Assembly: GCF_009834535.1 (NCBI RefSeq)
Contig: NC_045696.1
Location: forward strand, 71,922,001 to 71,986,000
DNA: 64,000 nucleotides
Direction of reading: 5' to 3'
Source: Camelus ferus
Lineage: Eukaryota
Shown: positions 1 to 12,879 of the stretch, one piece after another
How the letters are laid out: every line of letters begins with the position of its first letter
Numbering within the stretch: the first letter of the stretch is position 1
Program-made: the position numbers and the translations under genes
The notes under the pieces: model-generated
Database searches by the model: none
Seen by the model: only the letters and a program-made list of their open reading frames with translations
Told to the model about the DNA's origin: nothing

Positions 1-200
1 CCCACCCCAGCATCGCCCGGCGGAGAACTTTAGCGCAGCTCCACACGCGCCTGCGCAGGCGCAGGAACGCGGGTGCAGACCCCGCAGAGACACTCGGGTA
101 GCTCGGCACGCGCTTGCGCAGGGACTCGGCTCAAGTCCCGCGGAGAGCCTCGAGCTGCTGGACACGCGCCTGCGGAGGTTAGCGGAGCCCAATGTTGGAG
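1..200. other. Edge of a CpG-rich segment, possibly the 3' CpG island of the upstream gene (MCF2L2 by recalled mammalian synteny)
   Basis: High CpG density. The identity is inferred only from expected gene order; no coding match was established. Confidence 0.35.
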
Positions 201-208
201 TGTTCGGT

Positions 209-435
209 GCAGGGTTTCTCGGTATTGGCACTTTTGACTTTGGGGGCTGGCATAATTCTTTGTTGTGGGGGCGGGGGCTGTCTTGTGCACTGTAGGATGT
301 TTAGGAGCGTCTCTGGCCTCTACCCTCTAGATGCCAGTAACGCCCTACCCACCTCCTGAATTATGACAATCAAAAATACCTTCAGAGATTGCCAGATTTC
401 TCCTGGGGTGGCAATGAGCTGGAATGAGAAGCTCT
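209..435 (-). mobile_element. MER20-like hAT-Charlie DNA transposon
   Basis: Diagnostic ggctgtcttgtgcactgtaggatgtttag...ctagatgccagta with cagggtttctc terminus. Confidence 0.8.
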
Positions 436-554
436 GGTGCGGGCCGCTCAGACTCCACGGGGCACACCTCTCCTCTTCCCCCTGAATTCCCGCAAGAATG
501 CCAATGTGGTGCCTGTGTTACTTTGTTCCAGGATTGTTTCCTTTTAGTGATGGT

Positions 555-1372
555 TGGTTACAAGTTAACTTCTGAGGTATTTACGTTTAGATTTATTGGG
601 TTTTAAGTTAGTTTAAGTTATTTCAGCTATTTATTTATTTTATTAATTAACTTTCATTTATTTTCATTTTTCTAGTTATTTAAACTTTAAAGCTTTAAAG
701 TTACCTGTTTATAATTATTTTGTCTTTAAGGTTACTTCGTTTTTGAGTTATTTATTTTCAGTTACTTTTTATAGTCACTTTATTTTAAGAGTTATATTTT
801 CCAAATTAGTTAGCTTTAGAATTATTTATTTTGAATTATGTATCTTTACAATCATTAATATCTGAGTTATTTATTTTCATGGTTATTCTGTTTTTAATTA
901 TTGGCATTCTTGAATTATTTATTTTTACAGTTACTTATTTGAATACCAAAAAAAACTCACTGGAGCTTTAGAGTTATTTATTTTCAGAGTAAAATATCTG
1001 TAGTTATTTTGAGTTTTCCCCTAAGTTCGGGTTAGAGTTACTTATAGTTACTTATTTTCATTTACTTTAGATACTGGGTTATTTTTACAATTCACTTAGA
1101 CTATTTTTAGTTATTTAGTTTTTTTAAGTTATTTGGTTTTAAATTATTTTGTTTTCAGTTACTTTTGAAATGCATTTTGAGCATTATATTTTGAGTTTTT
1201 ATTTTCAGAGTTTTTAAGAGATTTAGTTTTGAGTTATTTTGAGAATTATTCTCAGTTAATTGTTTTCAGTTATGTCTTTGCCATTCAAAAATTTTTTCTA
1301 TTCTGTATTTTTACTTATTTTATTTTCTGGTTTATTTATTTTCAGAATTATTTAGTATTAGAATTATTTCGT
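555..1372. repeat. Degenerate T-rich tandem / low-complexity array (GAGTTATTTATTTT-like units)
   Basis: Recurring (g/c)AGTTA(T/C)TTATTTT units, e.g. at ~745, 862, 910, 970 and 1032. Confidence 0.8.
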
Positions 1373-1373
1373 C

Positions 1374-1959
1374 TGTCAGTCAGGGTCCGGTCAAAAGAGA
1401 GACACTATACTAGTTATTTTAACAGAGAGAATTTAATGTAAGGAAGTATGATCCAGCTATTGGAGATTTTAGTGGGAAAAAAAAGTGATAATGAGACATA
1501 ATTTAACTGTAAGAAGCAGCTACCAGCCCGAGGGCAGAGGGAACAAGGAAAGAGGCTGGTGGCCCCACATGGCTGAGGGTAGCCCTCTATGGGGGAGGCA
1601 GTCCCCAGGTTCCCCCAGGAGCTAAAATGTGGGCCTGAGAACTGGGTGTAGAACTACCCTCCTAGGGAGAGGGCGCTGCCATCTCGTGCTGGAAGAAGGG
1701 TCCTGATGAGGCTGGTTGTGGAAGTTTTAGGAAAATGACAAATTGCAGCTACTGGAACTCACTGTGACTCTCATTGCTAGAGGAATGCTGACAGGAACCC
1801 ACGCACCCAGGGAGGAGCATAGCCCTCTCCCCTCCTCCAGCCTCTCGTGGTCTGCCCTGTTGGCTGAGCCTGACACTGAGCAGCTGGTGGAGGTGAAAGC
1901 CCCAGTCACAAAGCAAAGGGAAGAAGGGTGGGTGGGGAGCTGAGAGATCATGGCTAACA
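1374..1959. mobile_element. Ancient solo LTR (ERVL/Gypsy-like class)
   Basis: TG...CA ends; opening tgtcagtcagggtcc...agagaatttaat resembles the element at 61658-62135; interrupts the T-rich array. Confidence 0.55.
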
Positions 1960-4900
1960 ACGAGCACCCTGAGCTCTGGAATTGTTTAGTTTTAGAGCTA
2001 GTTTTGGATTTAGTTTGTTTGGTAATTGTTAGGGTGATTTGATTTTAACTTTTCAGTGGATGAGGGATCTGGCTGAGTGTTGGGTCCCTGATTCATTCCT
2101 GGAATGGAATGGGTCAGCAAACACCTGGGGAGATTTCCCATTAGACTCAAGAATATCACTGTAGAATTCAAGAAAACCAAAATAGTGTGTCCACAAAGAA
2201 GCCCTTTGACTGTGTGGCCAAAAAAAAAGGCAGAGACTAGGACAGATCATCAGGGAGGGGCTCCTTAGCACAATTGTTCAGCAGAATAGTCTTTGAAATT
2301 TTTCAGAAAGTTCAGCTATTTTGGGGGGCCACCTTTCATGCCCCTTTTTCTAACAACAAAGTATCTTTCCTGGTAGAGTGTGTTTCAGATTGGTAGGATA
2401 CACTGTTTATTATTTATTAAAATAAAGTTCTTTCCAAATCTGTAGGATATCTTATTTCCTTCTACCTGCATTATTTTCCAACCCATATTGTTTCATTTCA
2501 ACCATAAGAATATTTATTTATGTGTTTATGTATTCTCTCATTTCATTCAACACCTATTTCCTGCGCACCCCCATCCTAAGGAAGGTGCTGGCACCAGGAG
2601 AGACCAGGGAATTATGAAGATGAATGAGACATTCCTCAGTCCAGTTGGGGGAGACAGATGTGGAAACAGGACATCACAGCTCAGTGTAACATACTGTGGG
2701 GGCATGGAACCCTGCTGCTGACTCTTCCTGATGTAGTCAGGGAAGAGGTGACATCTGAACAACCATTTTCTCCAGGTGGAGAAGAAGAAGAAGGACATCC
2801 TGGTTGTGGCAGGCACAAAGGAGTGATGTACAGCAGGGAGGATGCATTGGCAGAGGGTTCAGAAAGACACTAACATTAAGGGCTGGCCCTGGTGCTTGGA
2901 CAGATTCGGCCTCAGTTGGTCCTTGCAGCCAGTCTGCAAGAGACTAGGAGGCGACCTCTTCGGTCAGTGCTCTTCCTGATCTCACTGCTCCAACCAGTTT
3001 ACAAGACTCTCTGACTTGCCATGTCTGGAATTCTTCAGCTCATTTCTGGCTTTATCCTTTGTCCATTCACTCCTTCCTACTTACCCTTGGAGGTGAGTCC
3101 CTCCCTCCTCCACCTTTTGATTGCTGCTTCTTAAACATCTGCAAGGAAGGAGGAGGGCTGAGACCAGCCAGCTGTGAAGTGCAGGTGTGGGAGAGACAGA
3201 ACAGAGGAGACATACAGCAGGGTCTCAGGGCAATTCTGCAGACCAACATGGTGGGAACAGGTTCTTTGCGAACCAGTCCTAACATTCCACACGTACATTC
3301 AGCAACCCTTGAAAGGTTGTGTGGACTCCTTTCTCAAAGATGGGAACCTGTTTTAGATCCAACCCAAGCTTGTGAATCAACAGATTGGGATTTTTCTAAG
3401 CATTAACAGCATTGAGCATGTCTAATCTACCAAGTCAATCTACAAAATCAAAAGGAAGTTCTGCATAATCTCTCATGGTACGTTTTAACTTTTTGTAATA
3501 CATATTCTTACAGTCACTCTTTAATATACAGATTTCCCAGCTGATTCTTCTCTGCTTTGGTATCTCTGATTATCTTATCAATTACTGTGTATACATTTCT
3601 CAATGAGAATATGTAAGAACTAGACCTGGACAGAAAAATCTTCTAGATTCTGACTATTAAAATAGTCAGAAGACACATCACTTGGATGGTCTTAAACACT
3701 TTGGCCAGTGGTTGGCCAGCTGCCCACCACAGAAACAGCCCAAAGCTTTTTCAATCCTTTGTACCTCAGTCATGTTCTGAATCTACAAAAATGGCTACAC
3801 TGGATGCTACTGGCAGAGTGCAAAGTGCCCAGACCTCCCAGGCCTCACAGGAAGAACTTCTCCACAAATCTGTCACAGGTGGGCCACCAGAGGAGCCATT
3901 TCAGTACCAGTCATCATTGCTGATGTCCCGCAATGGTGCCCCCAGGTCTCCAGGATGGTCCACTCTGACCTTCCACTCTGGCATCCTTACCCAGGCCCCA
4001 CACTGCTGCTCTGCCTACAGGTGTCCTCTGAGAGAAAACCCCTCTGCTGGGCTGGAGCAGTCAGGCTCCCACTGAGCTCATGGTGGACTGAGGGGTCTAT
4101 AAGGACAGTGGAATAATTCTCCTATAGCCATGCCAGATACATAGTAGGTCCCTGGTAGACACTGCATCCCCTGCCTCAGAGCCTGGATACACTGCTCCCT
4201 CGGGAAATAGTTGTGAATCTTTTAGATGTCTTAGAAACCAGTGGAAAATAGAGGGTGACTCTTCTATGAGTGAAATTTGTATCATCTTTCCACTTGGATA
4301 AATGGAAAAGAATCCAAAACCATCAAATAAAATCCTACAGCCTTCTTTTACTAGAAGTCATTATGTTGCCTGCTGTCCACCAGAGGGACTCATTTCAACA
4401 CATGGCTGAGGAGTGGGAAAGCTGTAGCCCCAGGTGTAAGTGCCCTGGCCCAGGATCTGTGAAGTCTGGTGGAAGTGTGAGTCACGCTAAACACCAGCCA
4501 TGACCATGAAATGATAGAAAAGTTAGAGGTCCTTAAACCAGCATTTCCCAGAGTATATTTTGCAGAAATAGGCTGAAGAGTGGAAGAGTTCAATGAGTTA
4601 ATCCCACAGTGGAAAAGAATTATCTAAAAATAAATACATTTTTAAAAATACTATATATTCTACTCATCTCTTGCTTGATCCCAATTAATATATTAAAGGA
4701 TCTGAGAACTCTTTTAGGAAGGAAGTCTCAATGCTTTTGTTAAACTCGTGGTTTCCTAGAGTTATTTGACCACAGAACCCTTTTTTTCTGTGGAATATAA
4801 TGTCATAACGTCCCATGTGTATTCGTAAGGGGAAAGACTATGGTGCTGTAACAAAGAGATCCAGCAATATAGTGACTTAAAGAATATGAAAAGAGGCAAA

Positions 4901-5208
4901 ACAATGATACATCATTTTTCATTATTAGACTTCCAACATTTAAAACTTTGATAATACCAGTGTTGGAGAAGGTATAGGAAACTCAGCACTCATACACTGT
5001 TGGTGAAAGTATAAATCAGTACTGGCTTTTTAGAAGACGATTTGTAACAGCTTTCAAAAATTTAACATAAGTATTTGCTTTGATCCAGAAATTTATTTTA
5101 ATGATACACTCATACAAATGAACAAAGATATGTATGTACAGGTGTTCATTTGATCATCGCTTCTAACAGGAAAACAAGTAGTGAGAAATGAGGAGCAGCC
5201 TAAATGTC

Positions 5209-5712
5209 TGTGGTAGTGTTAAATTTTATCCCCAAGTTGATACTCCTCTCTCCAAAGTCCCGCATCAAATTATCTTCCCTTTAAGTGTGGGCTGTGCTAG
5301 TGACTCTAGTAAGTAGAATGTGGTAGAAGTGATGGTAATCAACTTTTAAGACTAGGTTGTAAAGAGCATTTTGGTTTCTTCCTTATTCTCCCTCTTGGAT
5401 TACTCACTGTGGAAGAAGCCAGCTACCATGTTGAAAGGACACTGAAACAGTCCAAAGGAGAGACCCACATGGCGAGAACTGAAGCCTCCTGCTGACAGCC
5501 ATGTGTGCGAGGCACCTGGAAGGTAGATTCTCCAGCCCTAGTCAGTCCTTCACATGGCTTCAGCTCCAGCTGAAACTTCACAGAGACCCAGAGCCAAAAG
5601 AACCCAGCTAAACCACCCTTGAATTTATTACCAGAGGGCCGTGAGATAATAAGTGTTTGTTGTCTTAAGCTGCTAAGTTTTGAGGTAGTTTGCTTAGCAA
5701 CAATAGATAACA
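5209..5712 (+). mobile_element. MLT1 (MaLR) LTR inserted into an old L1 3' fragment
   Basis: tgtggtag start; 3' end aagctgctaagttttgaggtagtttgcttagcaacaatagataaca. Confidence 0.8.
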
Positions 5713-5789
5713 TATTAAAGTTAAAAAGCTAGTTAATAAAGTATTGTACTGACATACAATGGAACTCTATGCAACTGTTAAAAATAATA

Positions 5790-8700
5790 TCTTCTTGAGA
5801 TGTAAAAAGCTAAAAGGAGCACTATCCCCACAATTGCAGATCAAAAAATCTGAAAAATATGCAACTTCATAACTTCTCTTGGACCCATGAGAGAGCTAAG
5901 TTCACAGAGCAACCATCTAACCTGAAGTCAGACACCTACAAAGAGAAGCACCTCAAAGAGAGATGGGACTCCAGCACTTTCTCATGTGGGGCAGGCACTG
6001 CTGTACACTGGCAAGGAGAATTCAGCTAAAATTGTTAATGGCCCAGTGTGGGCTTCTAAGAGAAAATAGAAACCCTGGGGCCACAGATTTGCATCCACTT
6101 GCAGACTTTTCTCCATGGTCTCACTGGGCACTCACAGAAAAGACTAGTGAAAGTCTTGAGAAAGCATCCTTCAGGGCATAGCCCAGGGGAGGGGAAATAT
6201 TAGTTGCTGCAGGAAGCGATAAAACTATGTTCAGATCCTATTGTCCGATCTTTCCTACAGAAAAAAAGCTGAACCAACTGCTGAATGAAGGGCAATAAAC
6301 ACTTACACCCTTACAGGGCTGGTAAATCCAACTGCAGCTGGAGAAAGATAACAATAAAAACCAAACCTCTGATTCTGGCAGAGAAGTGGGAATATATGCT
6401 GAGGCCAGAACTTTTGCTGGGGGCACGGTAGAAACACTTTGAAGGTCACACCCCCTCAAGACCCAGGGACAGAATGCCTGCATGATTGAGACTTAATCAG
6501 AACAGAGAACCTCACTCCCCAGCTCCCACCACCAGGCTAACTAACGAGCACTGACTATCAAGTAACAGTGGAATATGCTGGGAAAGCTACAAGAGCATGG
6601 AGAGAGAGAGAGAGACTCTGACACACGCCAGGGAAGACCTAAGCTGAGGGTGGAGCAGACACTGAGAAAAGCATTTGGGCAAACAGGCCATATCTTAAAC
6701 ACAAATAGCACTTGAGGAATCTGAAGTGTGTGATGCACTCCGGGTAGCTATAGCAACAACAAATACAAGGATCTAACAAAGGACTGAAAACTGTGAGGAA
6801 TGATAATCACAGGAGTAAGTATAGAAGTTTTTCCCCCTTATTTACATCACCTTAAAAGATAATTGACTATTTAAATAATAAAAGTATAACAGTATGTTGT
6901 AGAGTTTGTAACATATGCAAAATTAAAATGTATGACAAGGGAACAGAGGCCAAGAGGGAAGAAACTGAAGTACACTGTTGTAAGGTTCTTATATGTGAAG
7001 TGGTATCAGATCATTTGAAGATATGCTGTGATACCTTAAAGACATACTATAAACTCTAAATTACAAACTCTGAAAGCAGACACTAAAATAACATGACAGA
7101 GTTATAACTAATAAGCAAACAGATGAGATAAAATGGAATTTTAAAGACAACTAATCCAAGAGTTGGTAGAGAAAGAGGAGAAATGAAACCAAGAACAGGT
7201 AGGAAAAATAGAAAACAGTTGCCAAGATGGTAGACATAAATGTAACCATTTCAATAATCATACAGTCTGAATACACCAGTTAAAAGGGAGTGAGTGTCAA
7301 ATTGGATATTTGAAAAAGAAAAAAGACCACCCTTCTGGCATACAAGAACCCACCTTATTGTTAAATTAATTAAATAAACAAGGGGGCTTTTAGACTGGGG
7401 TGGCTTTAATGCCTTCGTAGCCTGCATAAGCAGACCAAAACCTAAGTCTGAAGTGCCTCAAGGTTAGGAAACTGAAACCCAAGGGCAACCAGTCACAGAC
7501 AGCCAACTTGTCTTTCTCTAGTTATGCAACCACTTAAGCTCTAGCCAGTCAAATAATTTCCTTGCTTTGCTTCCACCTCTTCCCCTAGTGTCTGTCAAGG
7601 GAGCACTCCCAGCTACTTCTGGGGAGGACATACCAATCCTAAATGTTTACACATCAATAACAGAACTTCAGAATACAAACAGCAAAAACAGCACTGCAAA
7701 GAGAAATAAACAAATCCACAATTACAATCTGACATTTTGACCCCTCTCTGTAAGAACTGATAAAACAAGAGAAAATCAGTAAGAATACAGAATAGTTGAA
7801 CAACACTATCAACCAATTTAACCTAATTAACATCTATAGCACACCGAATCCAGCAACAGAATTCTGTTAAGTTCACTATGGAGCACTTAACAAGACAGAC
7901 CACTGTTACGAACTGAATCGTGTTCCCCCGTGTTTTGTTGGTCCCAGCCTATTGTTGACTGAAGAAAAAAAAAAACGCACAACCTGAAAGATGAGAATTA
8001 TGTTTTATTCCGCAGATTTTCAGAGGACTTCAAGCCCAGGTGACAGCCTCTCAGAGAGCCCTAAGGGTCTGCTCCAAAGAGGTAAGGGAGGAACCAGGAT
8101 ATGTAGGGGTTTTGCAACAAAGGCCAGGTAGTTGGAGCATCAAAAGATTACTGTTAATTAAAGAAAACCAGATATCTAAAGTTAAGGAATTTAGTGCTTT
8201 TCTATGTATGGGAAGATGCAAGAGTCTGGGTTCACTGAAACCGTTCCTTTGATATGCACCTTAACTGTCTAAAGCCAGTATCCTGCTTTCCACCCTGAGT
8301 CCCCTCAGGGTGCACCATTGGGGGCTGCTATCGTGGCTTGATGGGTGCAGCATCCTTTGTTTACTGGTCTGCAGGCAGCATTTTTCATTCCCGCTATTGA
8401 TAGTGATGTTCTCCACTAGGGACTAGGAATGCCTGAGGCACTCACCCAAGCCTGTGGGGCCAGTGTTGTGGTTAGCCTGGCCCATGTGGTTCTTATTATG
8501 ATTTCAGTACACACTTCAGCAAGAAACCTTCAGAGAACTTAAAAGAACAAGATTTATTACTCAACATCCTGGAGGGTACACAGCACACCCAAGGGCCACA
8601 AAGTGAGGTGACAGGTTGAGAGAAATAGAACAAACCTGGGGCTCTGCCCTTATTAGGGTCTGAGGGTGAGGTGTCTAGTATTTCACAGGTTCACTCTTTA

Positions 8701-10915
8701 TTGGCTAATTTAAAGCATAAGAGAGGGAATTAGGGAATGAGAAGGGAGAATCCAAAAGAATGTTGAAGAACAGATTTGGAGGGCGGCTAATAATACCTCA
8801 TTTCAAGGTTTATTATAAGGCTACAGAAGTCAAGGCAATTTGATCTCGACATAGAGATAGAAAATTATATAAACAGAATAGACCTATATACATGTAGACA
8901 ATTGATATTCAACAAAGGTAGGGAAGAAAAAATAATCTTTTCAACAATTCGTGCTGGAACAATCAGTTATCTATATGCAAAGCAATGAACTTTAATCCAC
9001 ATCCCCAATCATATGAAACTCTCAGTAAGATTAATTAGATTTCTCGCCAGAAACCATCAAGGCCTGAAGGCAGTGAGATGATATATTAAAGTGCTAAAAG
9101 AAAAAGCCTGTCAATTCAGAATTCTATATCCACAAAACTGTCCTTCAGAACTGAAGGAGAAATTAAGACATTCCAGATAAACAAAAACTGAGATTTACCA
9201 CCAGCAAGCCTGCCCTACAAGAAATGCTAAAAGGAGTCCTTCAGGCAGAAATGAAAGGTTACTAGACAGTAACCTTTCAAACCACATGAGAAAATAAAGA
9301 GCACCGATAAATGTAGCTACCTAGGTAAATATAAGAGATTATAAATGTATTTTTGTTTGTCTTAGTGAGATCCAGCTGCAAGTCACCATAGACTGGGTAG
9401 CTTAAACAACAGATTTACTTCTCATAATCTTGGAGGCTGGCAGGCACCAGCGTGGTTGGGTTCTGGTGAGGGCCAACTTCCTGGCCTGTAGACAGCTGCT
9501 TTCTCACTGTATTCTCACTTGGTGTAGAGCAAAGAGAGGACTAACTCTCTTCCTCATCTTAAAAGGACACTAATCCCATCATGAGGGTTCCACCCTCATA
9601 ACCTAATTACCTCCCAAAAGTCCCCACCTCCAAATATCACCACATTAGGGCCTCAGTATATGAATTTTGAGAGAACACAAACATTCAATCTGTAGCATTG
9701 TTTGTAACTCCTTTTTCTCTTATTTGATTAAAAGACAACTTCATAAAGCAGTCATTATAAGCCCACTAAGGTAGATATACAATGTATAAAAGTGTGATTT
9801 ATATGGCAATAATAGCAAGTAGTAGAAGGAGACAGTGGAGACAGAGAGAAGCAAAGTCTTCATATACTATTGCGATTAGGGTAGTAATACTCCAAACTAG
9901 ATTGCTATAGGTTGAGATGTTCAATAATCTTCAGGCAACTACTAAGAAAATAACTTTAAAAACTGTGGTAAATGGAAGGGAGTTTAAATTGTAGACCAGA
10001 AAGTATCTATTTAACACATAAGAAGAAAATAATGCAGGTGCAGAGGTACAAAAAGCAAAATGGGAGGCATAAATCCTACCTTATAGTAATTACATTGAAT
10101 GTAAATGTGTTAAACATTGCAATTAAAATGTGGGTATTGGCAGAATGAGTGAAAAAAATTATCCCACTATATGCTGCCTATAGAAGACACACTTTAGACT
10201 CAAAGATACAATTAGATTGAAAGCAAATAGGTTGAAAAAGAAATACTCTGTTCAGAGTAACCAAAGGAGAGCTGGAGTACTCAGTAATATTTGACAATAT
10301 TTGACAATAAAACAAAAATTGTTACTAGAAACAAAGAAGGACATTTTCTAATGATAAAAGAATCATTCTATCAAGAATATATAAAAATAATACAGAGAAG
10401 CCTAATGACAGAGCTCCAAAATAAGTGAAACAAAAACTGAAAATAGAAGGGAGAAATAGATAATAAAAGAATAATAATTGGAGTCTTCAATACTCCACTT
10501 TCAATACTGGATAGAACAACTAGCCAAAAGGCCAAGCAGAAAATAGTCGTGAACAGCACCAAAGCCTAACTAGAGCTAACAGACTTCTAATAGAATGTTG
10601 CATCCCCAAGAGGAGTAGCATACACATTCTTCTCAAATGCACATACATTTTCCAGGATAGATTATATGTTAGGCTATAAAACAGACCTTAATAAATTTGA
10701 AAAAACTGAAATCTTAAGTATGCTCTTCATTCATAATGGATGAAATTAGAAATCAAGAAAATTTGGGAAATTCACAAGTATGTGGAAATTAAAGAATAAA
10801 CTCAATAATGGGTCAAAATAGAAATCACAATGGAAATAAAAATAATTTGGGATGAATGAAAATGAAAGCACAGCATACCACAACTTGCAGGATGCATCTG
10901 AAACAATGCTTAGAG
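5790..10915 (+). mobile_element. Old fragmented LINE-1 (ORF1/ORF2-endonuclease remnants) with nested LTR insertions (~7358-7612, ~7905-8750, 9358-9697)
   Basis: A-rich decayed L1 motifs: ccagaaaccatcaaggcctgaaggcagtg, gaaggagaaattaagacattccagataaacaaaaactgag, acattcttctcaaatgcacat. Confidence 0.75.
9358..9697 (-). mobile_element. MLT1A-like MaLR LTR
   Basis: tgtcttagt...accatagactgggtagcttaaacaacaga...ctaatcccatcatgaggg...acattcaatctgtagca. Confidence 0.8.
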
Positions 10916-11482
10916 GGTCCAGCTGCTTTCTGGGACACCCAGCTGTGGCATCTCTCCTGTAGTCGGAGGCAGGAGCCCTGAAAAACAGCTTCAAGACTCT
11001 CATTCTCTGACCTGCCCAGGAGCCTGGTTGCAGACATCTGACAGTACATGTTGACTGGATCAATGGATGAGCCTTCTCGCCTCAAAGCCACACAGCCTGT
11101 ATCACATGTCAGGCTAACCCCTGCTTCTATACACAACTTCTTCCTTCAAAGCCTTTGGCAGCCCCTATGTCCTCTTGGCTTGAGACTGGACTCATCTGGC
11201 TTTTTGGCCTCTCCAAATGGCACTAACTTGACCTTTCAACTATATTCCCCACTGCTCCCTAGTCCCCTCCAGTCAAGCTTATCACCACTCAAGAGACTTT
11301 GCTCCCTGTGGCCAGGAGAAGAGGCACGGGCTTCAGGGCTAGACAGGCCATGATGCAGATTTTAGCCTGTTATGTGATGTTGGGTTTCCACATCTATAAA
11401 ATGGGGATTTAAAAAGTGTACCCTATAGAGGTGCCATATGCATTACACAGTATCAGGTACATAGTAAGGATTCCATATATAG

Positions 11483-11520
11483 AATATTATTATTATTATT
11501 ATTACTACTACTACTACTAT
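11483..11520. repeat. Compound (TAT)n(TAC)n microsatellite at the tail of a MIR
   Basis: tattattattattattattactactactactactat; source of the poly-Tyr run in spurious ORF 11416..11628. Confidence 0.9.
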
Positions 11521-11769
11521 TCTCCAACTATCCAGATCCTCTATGACCTTCAAAGTCTCCCCAAGTTTCAACTACCACAGAAAAATGTCACCTCTGACTA
11601 TTTCTTTCCTCATCCAGTGTGGCTCTAAGCAGCAAACAATTGATCACTCACTCTCTGGCTATTACTGTATATCAATAAATGTTGTTTCTCAACTAGGCAG
11701 TAAGCAACTTGAAGGCATATATTATATTCTAGTTCAGAACACCTCTTTAGCAGTAGTACAGCACAATAC

Positions 11770-11980
11770 TTAAAATCCTAGACTCAAGCAAGACTGAATT
11801 CATAGCTTGGTTTCTTCATTTATTACCTAAGTGACTCGGGGCAAGTCACTTGACCTCTCTGTGCTCAGTTTCCCCCATCTGTGAAATGGGACAACAATAA
11901 TACAATAGTGCCCACATAGAGTGGCTGTGGGGCTTAAACGGAATAAGAAGAGTGCCTGGCCTGTACTATCTGCTTAATTA
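11770..11980 (+). mobile_element. MIR SINE
   Basis: ggcaagtcacttgacctctctgtgctcagtttccccatctgtgaaatggg core. Confidence 0.8.
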
Positions 11981-12879
11981 TTGTCTATTGAATAAATTGA
12001 TTCAAAGGCCAGAATACTAGACAGGATGTAGCTGAAATTAGGTCAACTGACACAGTTAATCTTCACCTGCCGCCATAAAAGTCCAATTTGGAAACACACC
12101 ACTTGTTTTGGTAAACTTGCTTGATCAGAGTGTTTAGAGCAACATAGTAAGACCAAATAGTTGCCAAAGTTGTTTTTCAGGAAATGATTTGAGACTAAAG
12201 TGAAAACTCCAACCCCAGTGATCAGGAGGGTATCCTAATATACTACCTATGTGTGTATTCCTCACGGGGACCCACAGCCCTGAGAGATAGACCATCATTG
12301 TTTTGTCTAATTAATAGAGGAAGGAGATAAGGCATGCAATGTTTGCCTTTCGAAGATACTGAATATTATTTGTGTTCCAGGAAAACCACCTGGGAGTAGG
12401 CATTATTATCCCTATTTTACAGCAGAAGAAACTGGGGTTCTGAGAGGTTACCCAGGTCATACAGCTGATGAGTTGGCAGAGCCAGATTCAAACCCAAATC
12501 TACCCAACTCCCAAGCTTGTACTCCTCCCATCCCAACCAGGTGAGGCCCCAGGTGAGGCTGCCATGATGAGAGAGCAAGGCCGCCTCTGACTTCCTATGA
12601 ATACACACACAGACAGATGGTGCTCTAGCCACTGAGTTTTAAGACTCTTGCTCAGCCTCATGACTGAGGGACCGGTTTTCTCCTGGCTGAGCAGTCTCTG
12701 GGTTTACTGAAATGTACTCAAGATCTTAGAGAAAAATGGAGACCCAACTTATGAGAGAAGGAAGCTGGCGCTACCACAGATCCACCACATCTTGTGGAAA
12801 ATGATGACAGATGCCCCTCACATTGGCCCCGGGGGACATCTGCCCTCTCACATCCAGCCCTCACAAACACTGAAGACAG

